The translations under genes and the position numbers were made by a program. From assembly GCF_018350175.1 (NCBI RefSeq), contig NC_058369.1:7380001-7444000 (forward strand): a stretch of DNA of 64,000 nucleotides, read 5' to 3'. The notes beneath the pieces were generated by a model. That model was not told the origin of the DNA, made no database searches, and worked only from the letters and a program-made list of their open reading frames with translations. The stretch is from Felis catus. Taxonomy: Eukaryota. Below are positions 38,201-52,190 of the stretch, piece by piece (within the stretch, counting starts at the first letter, position 1; each line of letters opens with the position of its first letter).

Positions 38201-39300
38201 TTTTTAATGTTTTATTTATTTTTGAGACAGAGAGAGACAGAGCATGAGCAGGGGAGGGGCAGAGGGAGAGGGAGACAGAGAATCTGAAGCAGGCTCCAGG
38301 CTCTGAGCTGTCAGCACAGAGCCCGACACGGGACTCGAACTCACAAACTACGAGATCATGACCTGAGCCGAAGTCAGATGCTCAACCGACTGAGCCACCC
38401 AGGCGCCCCGATATTGTTTGCTTTAAAAAGCAAAGGGTGTTGGGGTACCTGGGCAGCTCGGTCAGTTGAGCATCTGACTCTTGACTTCGGCTCAGGTCAT
38501 GATCTCGTGTTCATGAGATCGAGCACCGCATCGAGCTCTATGCTGACAGTGCAGAACCTACTTGGGGTATTCTCTCTCTGCCCCTCCCCTGCTTGCCCTT
38601 TCTCTCTCTCTAAGTAAATAAACGTTTATTTAATTTAAAAAAAGGGGGGGGGCGCCTGGGTGGCTCAGTCGGTTAAGTGTCCGACTTTGGCTCAGGTCAT
38701 GATCTCGCAGTCCATGAGTTCAAGCCCCATGTCGGGCTCTGTGCTGACAGCTCAGAGCCTGGAGCCTGCTTCAGATTCTGTGTCTCCTTCTCTCTCTACC
38801 CCTCCTCTGCTCATGCTCTATCTCTCAAAAATAAACATTAAAAAAAAAAAAAGGACACAAATGCTTAGACAGCATTGTTCATAGTAGCAAAAAATTAAAA
38901 TTAAAAAAATGCACACACGATTTATTATGTGTCTCACTCTTTTTTTTTAAATGTTTATTTTTGGGGCGCCTGGGTGGCTCAGTCGGTTAAGCGTCCGACT
39001 TTGGCTCAGGTCATGATCTCGCGGTCTGTGGGTTTGAGCCCCGCGTCGGGCTCTGTGCTGACAGCTCAGAGCCTGGAGCCTGTTTCAGATTCTGTGTCTC
39101 CCTCTTTCTCTGACCCTCCCCTGTTCATGCTCTCTCTGTCTCAAAAATAAATAAATGTTTAAAAAATTTAAAAAAAAAATAAAATGTTTACTTTTGAAGT
39201 TTTGAAGTTTATTTTTGAAGTTTGTCACCATGCGGGAACCTCAAGATCATGACCTGAGCCTAAGTCAAAAGCTTAACCGGCTGAGCCACCCAGGTGCCCC
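35235..39300. repeat. Dense CanSINE cluster (about 15 copies, both orientations, some nested) between FBXL12 and UBL5
   Basis: Repeated GGGG(C/T)GCCTGGGTGGCTCAGTC heads and their reverse complements, with (CT)n and poly(A) tails. Confidence 0.9.
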
Positions 39301-40099
39301 TTGTGTAAATTCGTAAAGGACTGTCAGAGGCTGGTCCAAGACCCATTCTTACTACAATCCCAGGCTGGGAATTGCTATCCCCTTTCCATAGATGCGGAAC
39401 ATAAGAATAAGTGTGGGTAACTGTATTCCTTGAGATCATACAGTGTAATATAAAGCGGTAATGTTGAGGTTTTGACTCATCTAAATCCAAAGCCTGTGTC
39501 TCCAATCTGAGTAAGTTTTCCATTCAGAGTCCCTCCCCTCTCAAGCGCACTCAGAAGGGCTCTCAGAGGAATGACAGGTCAAAGCTCTGAGCAGAAAGGC
39601 CCCTGAACCTAGTGTTTGTGGTAGGACCTCCTGGGCCAGCTCCCTACACCAGGTCAGCCCCACACAGGGTCATAGAGCATCTGCCCTTTCCACAGGATGA
39701 CCTCTCACGTCTCCCACCTAATCTCATAGCCCAGTCTGAGAAGGTGGATTGGGCAAATCAGAAGTGGTGGCTCATTTTCAGGGCGAATGCCTCCAGGGTC
39801 ACCAAACTGGGAAAACCCTGTCTGCCAAGAAAGAACGGTTGACCAGTTCCATTGGCAGCTGTTTGCTCGAACTCAGAGAAGGGTACCCCCTGTCCCACCA
39901 GCTCTGGGGAATCAGACCAGTCCAGGGGCTTCTTCGAGACTGAAAGGCAAGGCTGAGATCTGGTACAAATTGCTGTCTGCAGGGCGGGAGCGTCCTTTCT
40001 TGAAGACACAAACGTGGGTGGTTTTGCCCTTGTGCCGTTTTCAGTTTACTTGCCGGTGTTGACAGGCTGGCGTGCAACCTGGACTCCATTCTAAGTGCT

Positions 40100-41010
40100 G
40101 GCGTCCAGGACGAGATCAGGCGGCGTTTCTGCTTACTGACTGCGGTCTGCGCCCAGGTGTCTTGGGGGGGTGGGGTGGGAGGGGGGGGTCAGGAGCGATA
40201 GCCAAACGGAGGGGTGAGCGAAGAGGCCAGACGAGGTGACCGCATGACTCGACCCAGGCTCCCCATAGCCCCGAAGCTGCAATTAAGAGGCTTCGTCGGG
40301 CTCAAAAACGGGAGGTCACTACCCCCACGGGATGTCCCCCGAGCCCCCCCGCCCGCCCCATGTTCCTACCAGAAGCCACACAAGACGGCGTCTCCCCACA
40401 TCTAAGGGGCCCCAACCGACGGCTTCCAGCGAGCTGGGCGCCGGCCCCTGACCTCTGGCTTTCCTTCCACGCCCCTTCCCCGACCAGGCACGGGCCGGGA
40501 CGCCGACGGGGCCCCACGCACCCACGGCAGGTGCCCCCTACCCAGCCTTGGGACCCTGCACCGCTCCTGGGAACCGCAAACCCACCCTGCGCCTGGGACC
40601 GGAAAGAAGTCGTAGGGATGTTGAGCAGGGAGCACGGACCTACGCTTCCGGTTGCTCACTTCCGCTTCCGACTCTGACCGGGGTTCCGCCTTCGAGAGAG
40701 GAGATTGTGGCGTCGGCGGATTCCAAGCGTTTCGAGGTCAGGGGCCAGGTAGAGAGGTCCGCAGTTGGGGAAAGCTGGTGGGACCCGGCCATCAAGGGTC
40801 TGTGCCCCTGCGAGAGGCGAGGCCGGGCCTTCGGGCGACCTGAAGAGGGGAGGCGCGGCTCCCTGGGGTCCGCGGTCCTGAGACTGGGAGGCCCGGGAGG
40901 ACACGGATCTGGGAGGTTGAGGGGTGAACATAGAGCCCAAACCCGGGGTCTTGGGTCCTGGGAGACCCCTGAAGCCCTGACTCTGCTGCCTTCCACCCCG
41001 CGCCCTGTGT
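40100..41010 (+). promoter_or_regulatory. UBL5: UBL5 CpG-island promoter and probable non-coding exon 1
   Basis: CpG-rich, with tandem ETS-type CTTCCG motifs at 40645-40670 and a candidate donor GAG|GTCAGG at 40736/40737. Confidence 0.75.
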
Positions 41011-41023
41011 AGCTCCAGACAGG

Positions 41024-41079
41024 ATGATCGAGGTTGTTTGCAACGACCGTCTAGGGAAGAAGGTCCGCGTTAAGTGCAA
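41024..41079 (+). CDS. UBL5: Ubiquitin-like protein 5 (Hub1), first coding exon
   Basis: [18 protein letters not shown](N), donor GTATCCAC. Confidence 0.97.
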
Positions 41080-41253
41080 GTATCCACAGGCGGCCGAGAG
41101 GCAGTGGTTCCTGGGGCACCTCAGTCTGTGTTGTAGGGGGACTTTCCTGGGGGAGGGGGCGGATGGGGTCCTGGTAGATTGCATTCAGCCCTGGAATGTC
41201 CTCTTCCACGTTCTACCTCCCCCTTCCATTTTCCTTAACTCCTCTGCGCCCAG

Positions 41254-41337
41254 CACTGATGACACCATCGGGGACCTTAAGAAGCTAATCGCAGCCCAAA
41301 CTGGCACCCGTTGGAACAAGATCGTCCTGAAGAAGTG
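41254..41337 (+). CDS. UBL5: UBL5 second coding exon
   Basis: cag|C ACT GAT GAC..., [27 protein letters not shown](W), donor gtaagt. Confidence 0.97.
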
Positions 41338-41496
41338 GTAAGTACAGTGGTAGAGCTGGGCGCTGGACAGGATCAGTCCAGAGGTTTGGGTTCCAGAGCC
41401 CTGCAGGCAGCCCTTTGCTTGGGCAGGGTTTCCTCGGCTTGCCTCTAGTATGAAAAGCCACCTTAGGCTTCTGTCTAAAAGGTTTCTATCCCACAG

Positions 41497-41534
41497 GTAC
41501 ACGATTTTTAAGGACCATGTGTCCCTGGGGGACT
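41497..41534 (+). CDS. UBL5: UBL5 third coding exon
   Basis: cag|G TAC ACG ATT TTT AAG GAC CAT GTG TCC CTG GGG GAC T|gtatccttt, YTIFKDHVSLGD. Confidence 0.96.
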
Positions 41535-41845
41535 GTATCCTTTGTGTGACTTCTTGAGGAAGGGTCTGCATACCCGACTTGGTTCTCTTTGTTCCGTGCT
41601 GGAATCTATGTGCGATCGTGCGCATAAAACGTTTAACTTAGTGCGCAGCACATGGTAAGCATTTCGAAAATGGGAGCCATGTAATTATTTTTTGGGGGGA
41701 GGAGGGTGGGTGGTGAAATATTTTGACTTGGCTTAGAAGACACTTGAAGGTCAACATGTTTCTTACTGAACTCTACCTGAGTGTGGACAGGAGGCCAGGA
41801 TGGAGTGAGACTCAGGCATGTTTATGGTGCAAAAGGAGCATCAAC

Positions 41846-41865
41846 TTTTTTTCTTTCTTCTTTTT

Positions 41866-41913
<48 letters not shown>

Positions 41914-41937
41914 TTTTTCTTTTTTTCTTTTCTTTTT

Positions 41938-41988
<51 letters not shown>

Positions 41989-42010
41989 CTTTCTTTTTTT
42001 TTTTTTTTTT
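41846..42010 (+). repeat. Compound (TTTC)n / poly-T microsatellite in the last UBL5 intron
   Basis: Directly visible pure-pyrimidine tract of ~165 nt. Confidence 0.95.
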
Positions 42011-42153
42011 AATGGTTTGGATTCTTTCCAAATCAAAATGACCCGGTTCAAAATGCCTTTCTTGGGCCCTCAGGCCACTCTGACCCATGTGTGCAAGATG
42101 AGGGGGGTGGAGCTGGAACCCACAGTGAGAATTCCTTAACACCTTCACTTCAG

Positions 42154-42197
42154 ATGAAATCCACGATGGGATGAACCTGGAGCTTTATTACCAATAG
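42154..42197 (+). CDS. UBL5: UBL5 last coding exon
   Basis: (Y)EIHDGMNLELYYQ* with the di-tyrosine C-terminus typical of UBL5/Hub1. Total 56+84+38+44=222 nt, 73 aa. Confidence 0.97.
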
Positions 42198-42300
42198 AAC
42201 AGAATTCCTTCCTGCTGCCCATCCCTCCCCTCCTGTTTCCTCTCTGCTCCCACCCTCATCCCCACACTGGTATGGATGCTTGTTTTTAAAAACTCCTGTT

Positions 42301-42306
42301 AATAAA
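42301..42306 (+). terminator. UBL5: UBL5 polyadenylation signal
   Basis: AATAAA ~100 nt after the stop, followed by a GT-rich element. Confidence 0.85.
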
Positions 42307-44859
42307 ATATTAGAAGTTGCATCATTGTTGTCCTCTTTGAGCGAGGCCTTATCTAACATGGGGAGGGTTGACATCTGGTTGTCACTCTACTTTCTATGCA
42401 GCTGCTCGGTGAGAGTTCAGGATCAACAGGGTGTGACCCAACCCGCAGCTCTGGGTTTTGCCATGGGTCTGTGTAAGAGGTCGTGGGATTATTGTCATCC
42501 TAATAGATTAGCAAGTGTCTGGGTAAGGACACTGGATGTAGTAGTAAGGAATACGGGTTCCGGATTGAGACCACCTATGGTTGGAATCCTGGCTCTGCCA
42601 CCAAGAGTGATCCTGAGCAGAGTAGTTAACTTCTCGAAGCCTTCATTTCCTTATCCAAACTCGAACTGAGAGTGTTTACTTCATTGTGAAATGTAGATGA
42701 GCTAAAGCAGGGTTGAGCATCCACAGGTCCTGAACTTTTGAAATCCCAGAGGACAGAGTGTGGCAGGGGCTGAACTTTGGTCATTAGTGGTGGGATTTGG
42801 GGAAGTCCGCCTCTTCGATTCGAGGTTTCCTGCTCTAAAAAGGAGCACCATGATGGCACCCACATCTCAGAGACAGTGCAGTTAAAATAGCGGATGTCTG
42901 GCACAAAGTGTTGTCACCTGTCTCCAGCCTTCCCCCAGGTATGAGTAGACAGGACACCAAACACCCCATCTGTGTTCCCTGGGCCACAGATCCCAGGTCG
43001 ATGTTGGCCCTTCCCCAGAGCTGCATTCTGGATCCTTTTTCAGGAGCTTCACCCAGAAACTTGCCCTGTCCCTTTTCCCCACTCTTATGGACCTGGGTGA
43101 TTTTCTGCAGTACGTTAACATGTCCGAGTCTAGCCTACTGCTCCTCCCCTCCCCCTAAATTCCACCCAGTCTTCTGCCTCCTCCCTTCATTTCATTACCA
43201 AGCTTCTTGGGAGGTGGACCTGCCAGCCGCCTGTTTTGCTGGCCTGTAGTTCATGGAGGATGATCTCGCCTTGGTCTCCATTAGACACTTCCCTTCTTAG
43301 GACTCCCCTCCCTCCTGACATCAGAAATAACTATTTCCTGGGGCACCTGGGTAGCTCAGTCGATTAAGCATCTGACCCTTGATTTTGGCCCCCTGTTGGG
43401 ATTCTTTCCCTCCCCCCTCCCCCTCCCCCCCCCCCCCCCCCCCCCCCCCGCCCTGGCCACACGCACTCTCAAAAATAAACAAACAACAACACATTTCTGT
43501 TTCCTGATACCTTGTTCTTCCTACTCTTAGAGTTGTCTCTCCCCATATTTGTTTATTTAGAAACAAACCTGAGTTGCCTGGGTGGCTCTGTCGGTTAAGC
43601 GTCTGACTTCGGCCTAGGTCATTATCTCGCCAGTCCTGAGTTCGAGCCCAGCCTCCAGCTCCATGCTGACAGCTCAGAGCCTGGAACCTGTTTCAGATTC
43701 TGTGTCTCCCTCCATCTCTCTGCTCCTCTCCCACTCACACACACACACACACAGACACACACTCTCTCTCTCTCTCTCTCAAAAATAAATAAACATTTAA
43801 AAAAAAAGCCCAATAAGGTTTTTAAACATATCAGACTTTGACAAGGTGGTTGTTTGTTAATTTCAAATCCGCTAGAAAAGTACAGGCTGAAAATAAAACC
43901 CTTTTAGCCCCATTCTCTCTCCTGAGGTCAGGTCTTTTCCAATGCATTTATAAAACTTCCAATTTTATTTTTAAAAGATGACTGCTGAGGGGTGCCTGGG
44001 TGGCTCAGTCAGTTAAGTGTCCGACATCAGCTTAGGTCATGATCTCATGGCCTGTGGGTTTGAGCCCTGCATTGGGCTCTGTGCTGACAGCTCAGAGCCT
44101 GCAGCCTGCTTCAGATTCTGTGTCTCCCTTTCTCTCTGCCCTCTCCCACTTGGGCTCTGTCTCTGTCTCTCTCTCAAAAAATAAACATTAAGAAAAAATT
44201 TTTAAAAATTGATAGCTAAAAGATGACTGCTGATATTGGCTTGTAAAAACAATCCAAATGTTTTGTTAAAAATTAAGGGTTTTTTTAACATCTTATTATT
44301 GAGAGAGACAGAGCATGAGCATGGGAGGGACAAAGAGAGGGGGAGACACAGAATCCGAAGCAGGCTCCAGCCTCTGGGCTGTCTGCACAGAGCCTGATGC
44401 AGGGCTCGAACTCACAAACCACAAGATCATGACCTGAGCCGAAGTCAGACGCTTAACCCATTGAGCCACCCAGGCACCCCTAAGTTTCTTATTTCTCAAC
44501 AGCACCCCTCCCGCCAGTAACAATTGTTAACATATTTGAGTGAATCCAGAAATCTGAAATACAACCTGTAGTTTTTATACAATTGGGATAATTATGTGTT
44601 CTGTGATATACACTCTTCAGTGCTTTATTTTTTTGTTAAGTAGGCTTTATACCCAACGTGGTATTCAAACTCATGACCCCGAGATCAAGTCACATGCTCC
44701 ACTGACCGAGCCAGCTGGACACCCCAGTAGCTTTGTTTTTTATGCTTTAGTTTTCACCTTTCTATATAAATTATCTCATTCTTCATTAGTTTGTTTTTTT
44801 TTTTTACCGATATCTGCTTGTTTTGCTTTTTTTACACAAAAAGGCAGTAGGAGGGATTT

Positions 44860-47280
44860 GTGATGATGGAACTCCCCTGTCTGGAACTGTGGCTGCAGGA
44901 CTTTGCATTTGTCACTCAAGATGTAGGAGGAAAGATGGAATGCAGCCTGTATTATAAGTGAATCACATGACTACACCTAAAGGGGTGAGGAGAAAGGAGC
45001 TGACCCAAACAACTTCGGAAAAAGCATTTGACTGGATACTGTAAGGCTAAAGACAAAAACAATTATACACAAACACTGTACTCTAGTTAAATAAATTCCT
45101 CACAGCATTGTGACTGAGCAATTCTGGAACGACTTTTGAACATACATAAACACAGGGTGGAACAGAGGGGTAAAGAAATATATTGTAGATAGTGAAAGCC
45201 AGATTTCTCACTGCTGGAGAAAGAAGTTACAAACAAGGTGGGACGGAAGGAGATAGAATAATCCAGCCCTGCGAGGCTGGATTAGAGTGGGAAGCAGCAG
45301 TATGGACTCATGTTTGTAGTTTAGTGTGCAGATACCTATGTATACACATATATTTCCTTGCTTTATCCACTTGGGCCCAAATGAGTGACACCCCAGTAGC
45401 AATGGACATACCCAGCACCTAGATCTTGGTTTCTAAATACCATTCTCCAATGAAAGGAACCAAGGCTTGCAGAAGTGATTGGTTCCAGAGCTGGGACAGA
45501 GAATATACAAGCTGAGCCTGGAATATCTTGTGGTGCCAGGAGGTAGGAAGTGCTCAAATAAAAAGGATGAGAGCATGTAGAAAGGGCACAGAAGCCAACC
45601 TGTGAAAGAGCTCCCAGTGGCCAAATTTGGAACAATGTGCACAACAAAATAATGATAGTATCGGACTATAAACAGAAGAAAACAAATATCTTTGAGCCCA
45701 TGCTGGTATCAATAAATAATTGAATATATAGGGGCGCCTGGGTGGCTCAGTCAGTTAAGCATCCGACTTTGGCTCAGGTCATGATATCACGGTTTGCGGA
45801 TTCGAGCCCCACATCGGGCTCTGTGCTGACAGTGTAGAGCCTGGACCTTGCTTCAGACTCTGTGTCTCCCTCTCTCTCTGCCCCTCCCCCACTCACATTC
45901 TGTCTCTCTCAAAACTAAATAAACATTAAAAAAATTTTTTTAATAATTTAATATGTAAATGGGGAGAAGGGACAACTCTTTTATTTAAAAAAAATTTTTT
46001 TAAATGTTTATTTTTGACAGAGAGACACAGCATGAGCAGGGGCGGGGCAGAGAGAGAGGGAGACACAGAATCTGAAGCAGGCTCCAGGCTCTGAGCTGTC
46101 AGCCCAGGGCCTGACGCGGGGCTCGAACTCACAGACCATGAGATCATGACCTGAGCCGAAGTCTGATGCTCAACTGAGTGAGCCACCCAGGTGCCCTGGA
46201 ACAACTCTTTATTACAAAAAGATTCCAGTTAAATGTAGAAGGAAAAAGGGAAATAAATCACCATAGTAAGAACTACTGTAGACCAGAAACACCAATAGAT
46301 GCTAAGATTGGTGGGCAAAAGTTTAAGCAGAAGTAGGATATTTGCACAGTCTCAAAGTATCTCCCAAAAAGTAATTCATTACGAAAAGGAAAATAGTTGC
46401 CTTAGCCAATCAATCAAAGTTAATAACATCACGAATGGTAGGCAGACTTATCTAAGATGGTCCTAATGATCCTCTTGTCCCAGTATTCACATCTTTGTGT
46501 AACCCTTTCCTCTTGAGCATAGACCAGACCTAGCTTCTGACAAATAGAACATGGCAAAAGTGATGGGATATCACTTCTGAGATTAAGTTGCAAAGAGACT
46601 GTGGTTTCTGTTTTGCCTGCTCTCTTGCTTTCTCACTTGCTCATTGATGAAAGCCAGCTGCCTTACGGAGAGGCCCTTAGCCAATAGCTAGTGAGGAACT
46701 CTTCTTCAGTCTGTCATCCCCTCAGTAACTAAATCCTTCAGGCAACCACATGAAGGAGCTTGGGAGTAGATCCTGCTCCAGTCAAGCCTTCAGATGAGAC
46801 CACAGCCTTTTCTGCTGACACCAGCTAAACTGTGCCTGGATTCCTGACCCATAGAAACTGAAATAATATTAGTGTGAATCCACTAAATTGTGGGATAATT
46901 TGTTTTGCAGCAAAAGATGCCTTAATGCAACTAGTAATACACTGCAACATCATTGATCACCTGGTATGATGCACTGAGAAGGGCACATTGTCCCTGGATA
47001 TCCTTCCCAATAACACATAGCCTCAATCAGATCATGAGAAAAATATCAGACAAACCCTATTACCACAAAATATCAGAATGAGGGACATTCTGCTTTTTGA
47101 AAGTATCAAAGGTCATGAAAGACAAGAGAAGACCTACATGTTATGTACTGGAGGAAACTAAGGAGACATGACAATGTGGATCCTGGGAAAGCTGGGGAAA
47201 TTCTTTTCTGGAGTTTAGTTTAATTAATGGTATTGTACTAATGTTGATTTCCAATTGTATTTACAAATGTTTGATCATTA
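44860..47280 (+). mobile_element. Old L1M-type 3'UTR region interrupted by CanSINEs and a MaLR LTR
   Basis: AGTGAAAGCCAGATTTCTCACTGCTGGAGAAAGAAGTTACAAA and ATCATGAGAAAAATATCAGACAAACCC resemble ancient L1MC/MD 3' ends. Confidence 0.55.
46436..46930 (+). mobile_element. MLT1-type MaLR LTR
   Basis: TGGTAGGCAGACT...TAAGATGG..., CAGTCAAGCCTTCAGATGAGACCACAGCC, GATTCCTGACCCATAGAAACTG, TAATTTGTTTTGCAGCAA. Confidence 0.7.
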
Positions 47281-47287
47281 TTCTAAG

Positions 47288-47490
47288 GCAGGGTTTCTCA
47301 GCTTTGGCACAGTTGACATTGGGGCTGGATAATTCTTTGTTGAGGATGCTGTGCCTTGTAGAATGTTAAACAACATCCTTGGCTTCTACCTACGAAATGC
47401 CAGTAGCATCTCCCTCCCTACCATTTGTGACAACCCCAAATGTCTTAAGACCTTGTCAAATGTCCCCTGGGGAACAAAATCACCCCTGGT
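47288..47490 (+). mobile_element. MER20-like DNA transposon
   Basis: CAGGGTTTCTCAGCTTTGGCACAGTTGACATT...GGATAATTCTTTGTTG...CAAATGTCCCCTGGGG...AAAATCACCCCTGG. Confidence 0.75.
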
Positions 47491-48529
47491 GATCTCTGTT
47501 TCATTATTTACTTTTTTAAAGATTTTATTTTTAAGCAAACTCTATACACAATGTGGGGTTTGAATTCATGACCCCAAGAGCAAGAGTCACATGCTCCATC
47601 GACTAAGCCAGTCAGGTGCCCTACCTCTGTTCTATTATTATGTAAGATGTTAATATAAGAGATGGCTGGGTAAAGAGTATATGAAAAATCTACACTATTT
47701 TTGCAACTCTGCACTAAGTTGAAAATCATCTCTTTTTTTGAGAGAGACAGATTTTTAGGTAGACTCCATGCTCATTGTAGAGCCAGACGTGGGGTTCAAT
47801 TCCATGAGCCATGAGATCATGACCTGAGCCAAAATCAAGTTGGATGCTTAACCGACTGAACCGCCCAGGCACCCCTGATATTATTTCTTATCCTCATTTG
47901 CATATGGAGAAGCTGAAGCACAGAGGTTAAGTAATTTGTTCAAGGTGATAGCAAATGGAGGGCTGGGCTTTGAACCAAAGTAATCTGGCTCAATGCTCTT
48001 AACCTACTACATCCTGTCTCAGGTTCCTTGTAGACATATTTCCCTGTATTTCATATCACTGCGCCCCATTCTTTTTAATGGTCACATGGGTCTAGTTCCA
48101 GATGAACTATCATCGTACTCTTCCCTGTTGGTGTCTGTGCCTCTCATATCTGTCTCCAGCCCGTCCTCAGGCACTTCCTCAGTGTCCCACAGGTGCACAC
48201 TCAACTTTAAATGGATTCAAACCAAGCTCACCATCCTCCTATCGGCGGGTCCTCCTGTGTCCCTAGCTAAGTGGTAATGCCAACACCCACCAGTCACCCA
48301 GGACAGAGGCAAGAGCCAGACTGAGAGGCAAGGACCTAAGTAAAGTAGGTTCCAAAGGAAGTAGAAGATGTTTGGGTCAGTGGCATCGGACAGGGTTAGC
48401 CTTGCCCCCCCCCCCCCCCCAAAAAAAAAGAGAGAGAGAGAGAGAGAGGTGGGAAGATAGTTTTGGACATCTGGAGAAAGCAGGTGGGTAGAGGGAGGAT
48501 GGAGGAGCCAAATTTAGGCTTCTGGGTTC

Positions 48530-49251
<722 letters not shown>

Positions 49252-51068
49252 TAACGGCCCGGGCCCGCCCCGTGGGGGCTGCGAACCTCTGGAGCGGGGA
49301 TGCCGGAGGAAACTGAGGCAAGGGGCGGGCCCGGAGAGACCCTGCGCGCTGCCGGGGGGGTAAAGGGCCCGTGATTCCGGAACAGTCCCCCGGGTGATGG
49401 CCCTAGCCCTGCCCATCCGGCTGACACCTTTTGGCCTAATGCACCTGACGTCCCCGGGGAACGCCTGTGCACCCCGCTGGGCCCGGGGGACACTCCTGGG
49501 GAAGGACACCCCAACCCCATGCTCAGGGCGTGGCTCCAGGGTGGTGCTCGGCCTCGGGTGCACAGCCTATTCCTGCCATACCCACCTAATGCTGAGTCTG
49601 CGATATCCTCTCGGTGGTGTTCTGCCTCAGGATGGTCCCTGGGCTGGGAGCCCGATTTCAGGCTTATCCACAATAATAATATCAATAACAGGGCGCGTTC
49701 ATCTCACCGTCCAGCATTGTGCCAGGTGTTTTAAGTGTGTTCTCTCTCTCGCTCTCTGAATGACCACAACTGTAGGAGGTAGGTAGTTACTATCCCCATT
49801 TTGCAGGTGAGGAAACTGAGGTCGGGAAACTTAAGGAACTCACCCAAGGTCATTCATTCCAGGGGGGCAGGGGCTAGATTAGAACCCAGTCAGTCTGACT
49901 GCAGAGCCCCCTGCCCTTGTCACCGCAAACTCCTGAGGATCAGGCCCAGCATTTCACTGCACCGCCTCCATAACCCATAAAAATTGCAGTCACAGTTATT
50001 TCTGTTAATTGAATGCCAGGCACTCTGGTGACCGCTTCACGTGTACCATCACTATTCTCCACATTAACCCCATGAAGTTATGTCCTTATTCTTTCGCTTC
50101 ACTCCCTCTTTTCAGATGAGAAAACCAAGGTTCGGGGGGGATAGAGGCCGTTGCCAAGGTTTTAGAGTCGGTCAGTGGCTCAGCTCTCACCCAGCCTGCT
50201 CCAGCCCCGCTCTGTGGCTGCAACCTCGTGATGAATCTGATGCTCGGCCCAGTTCTGGGCCCCCTCTCTTGCCTTTTCTGCCTGCCCCCTCCCTCCCTGA
50301 TGGTCTTCCTCAGGGGTGACATTCAGCTCTTCCTGGTGCAAGGTGCAAGTTGTCCACGCAGCCCAGGCAAAATGTCAGCCCCCGGAATGGTGCCTGGGCT
50401 CTACTGGGTCCTACTTCAGTCTTCTTCTTTGCAGCCTTCACTCCTTCATGCTCCTCAGGCCCTGGGTAATGTCTGGCCCCCAGCCGTGCCGGTCCCTAGT
50501 TGTGCAGCACTGTGCACTGAGTACGGATTAAGAAGAGAGCTTTTGTGTTTGACACCCTGGGTGTAATTTCTGCCTCCAACCCGGTGTTCCTGGAGCAGAG
50601 TTTATACTCAGGAAGCGTTACCAAAGATGGGGAAAGGGAGGCCTCGTTTTTGTCGTCTCTAAAATGGAGGTTATAGCTATCACACTCTTCAGGTGTACCG
50701 GCCACTATCCTGAGCATGTTACAGATGCGAACTCATTCCCTTCGAACAGCCCGACAGGCGGGTACCGGTGTCTCCATTTTATGCGTTGAGAACGTGGAGG
50801 CCCGGGGAGGGGAGTTCATCCAGCGAGTGACAGAGCCAGATTTGGACAGGCAGTCTGGCTGCCGAGTACGTGCTCCGATCCGCTCCGTGTCCCCCTGGCT
50901 TCCTCTCTTCTGTCACCCTGGGTTATTTTCCTCCCTGAAGTTACCAATAACTAAAGTTGTGATGTTGTCTTATTTGCTTGTCTGGTGCCTCTCTGCCCCC
51001 ACCTAGAATGTTAGCTCCCTGGGGGGCCAGTGGCACGTGGTGTAGGACACAGTGGATTTGCTGCATGA

Positions 51069-51479
<411 letters not shown>

Positions 51480-51999
51480 TAATTCAGCCGTCAGCGTTGG
51501 CTGACACAGAAGTGCCTGTACCCGACCTGAGCCTCGCCCACCCAGCTGTCTCTCCTTTTTCTTTCTCTCTGGCATTGGGAGGGTGAGCCAGGTTAGGAAG
51601 GGAGGGCCCAGCCTTGGGGTCTTGCAGACCCGGGTTCAGATGGTAGCCATGCCCCATAAGCTCTGTGACCTTGGGGGACTTGTGCAACCTCCTTTGAGAC
51701 TCAGTTTTCACCTCTGTAAAATGGGCACCGTCACACACCTGCCTCTGAGGCCCATGGTGAGGATTCAGTGAGGTGAGAGTGTTTGGTGCACGGTGGGCCC
51801 TTGGCCAGTGGGAGTTATTGTTGCTGGTAATGTCATCGATCAGGGTTCTGGGGCACATATGTGGGTGGGTCAGGAGAGAGGTTGGAAAGGTAGCAGCTTA
51901 GAACTTGCTGGCAGACTTTGGTTAATTAATTCTGCCCTGAGAGAAGAGGCTGTTCCTGTCTCTGTTCCATGGTTCCTCCATGGTCTAAGCAGTAGTGAG

Positions 52000-52190
52000 C
52001 AGACAGACTTTCTCTTAAAAGGTCAGGTAATAAATAGTTTAGGTTTTATAGGCATACGGCTCTGCTTTGTAACTGATAGCAGCTTGAGATAATATGTAAA
52101 CAAACGGCTGTGTATGTGCCAATAAAACTTTATTTACAAAAGCAGAACTTAGCTCATTAGGGGCCATAAGTTGTAAACCCTGGTGTAGAG
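52000..52190. mobile_element. MER58-like DNA transposon in PIN1 intron 2
   Basis: GTAATAAATAGTTTAGGTTTT...GTGCCAATAAAACTTTATTTACAAAAGCAG. Confidence 0.7.

Noticed and set aside
39612..40089. Several 64-96 aa ORFs in unique sequence upstream of UBL5
   Set aside because: No recognisable homology or convincing splice structure. A divergent non-coding transcript cannot be excluded.
41723..42148. F/L/S-rich and K/E/R-rich ORFs
   Set aside because: Translations of the (TTTC)n microsatellite.
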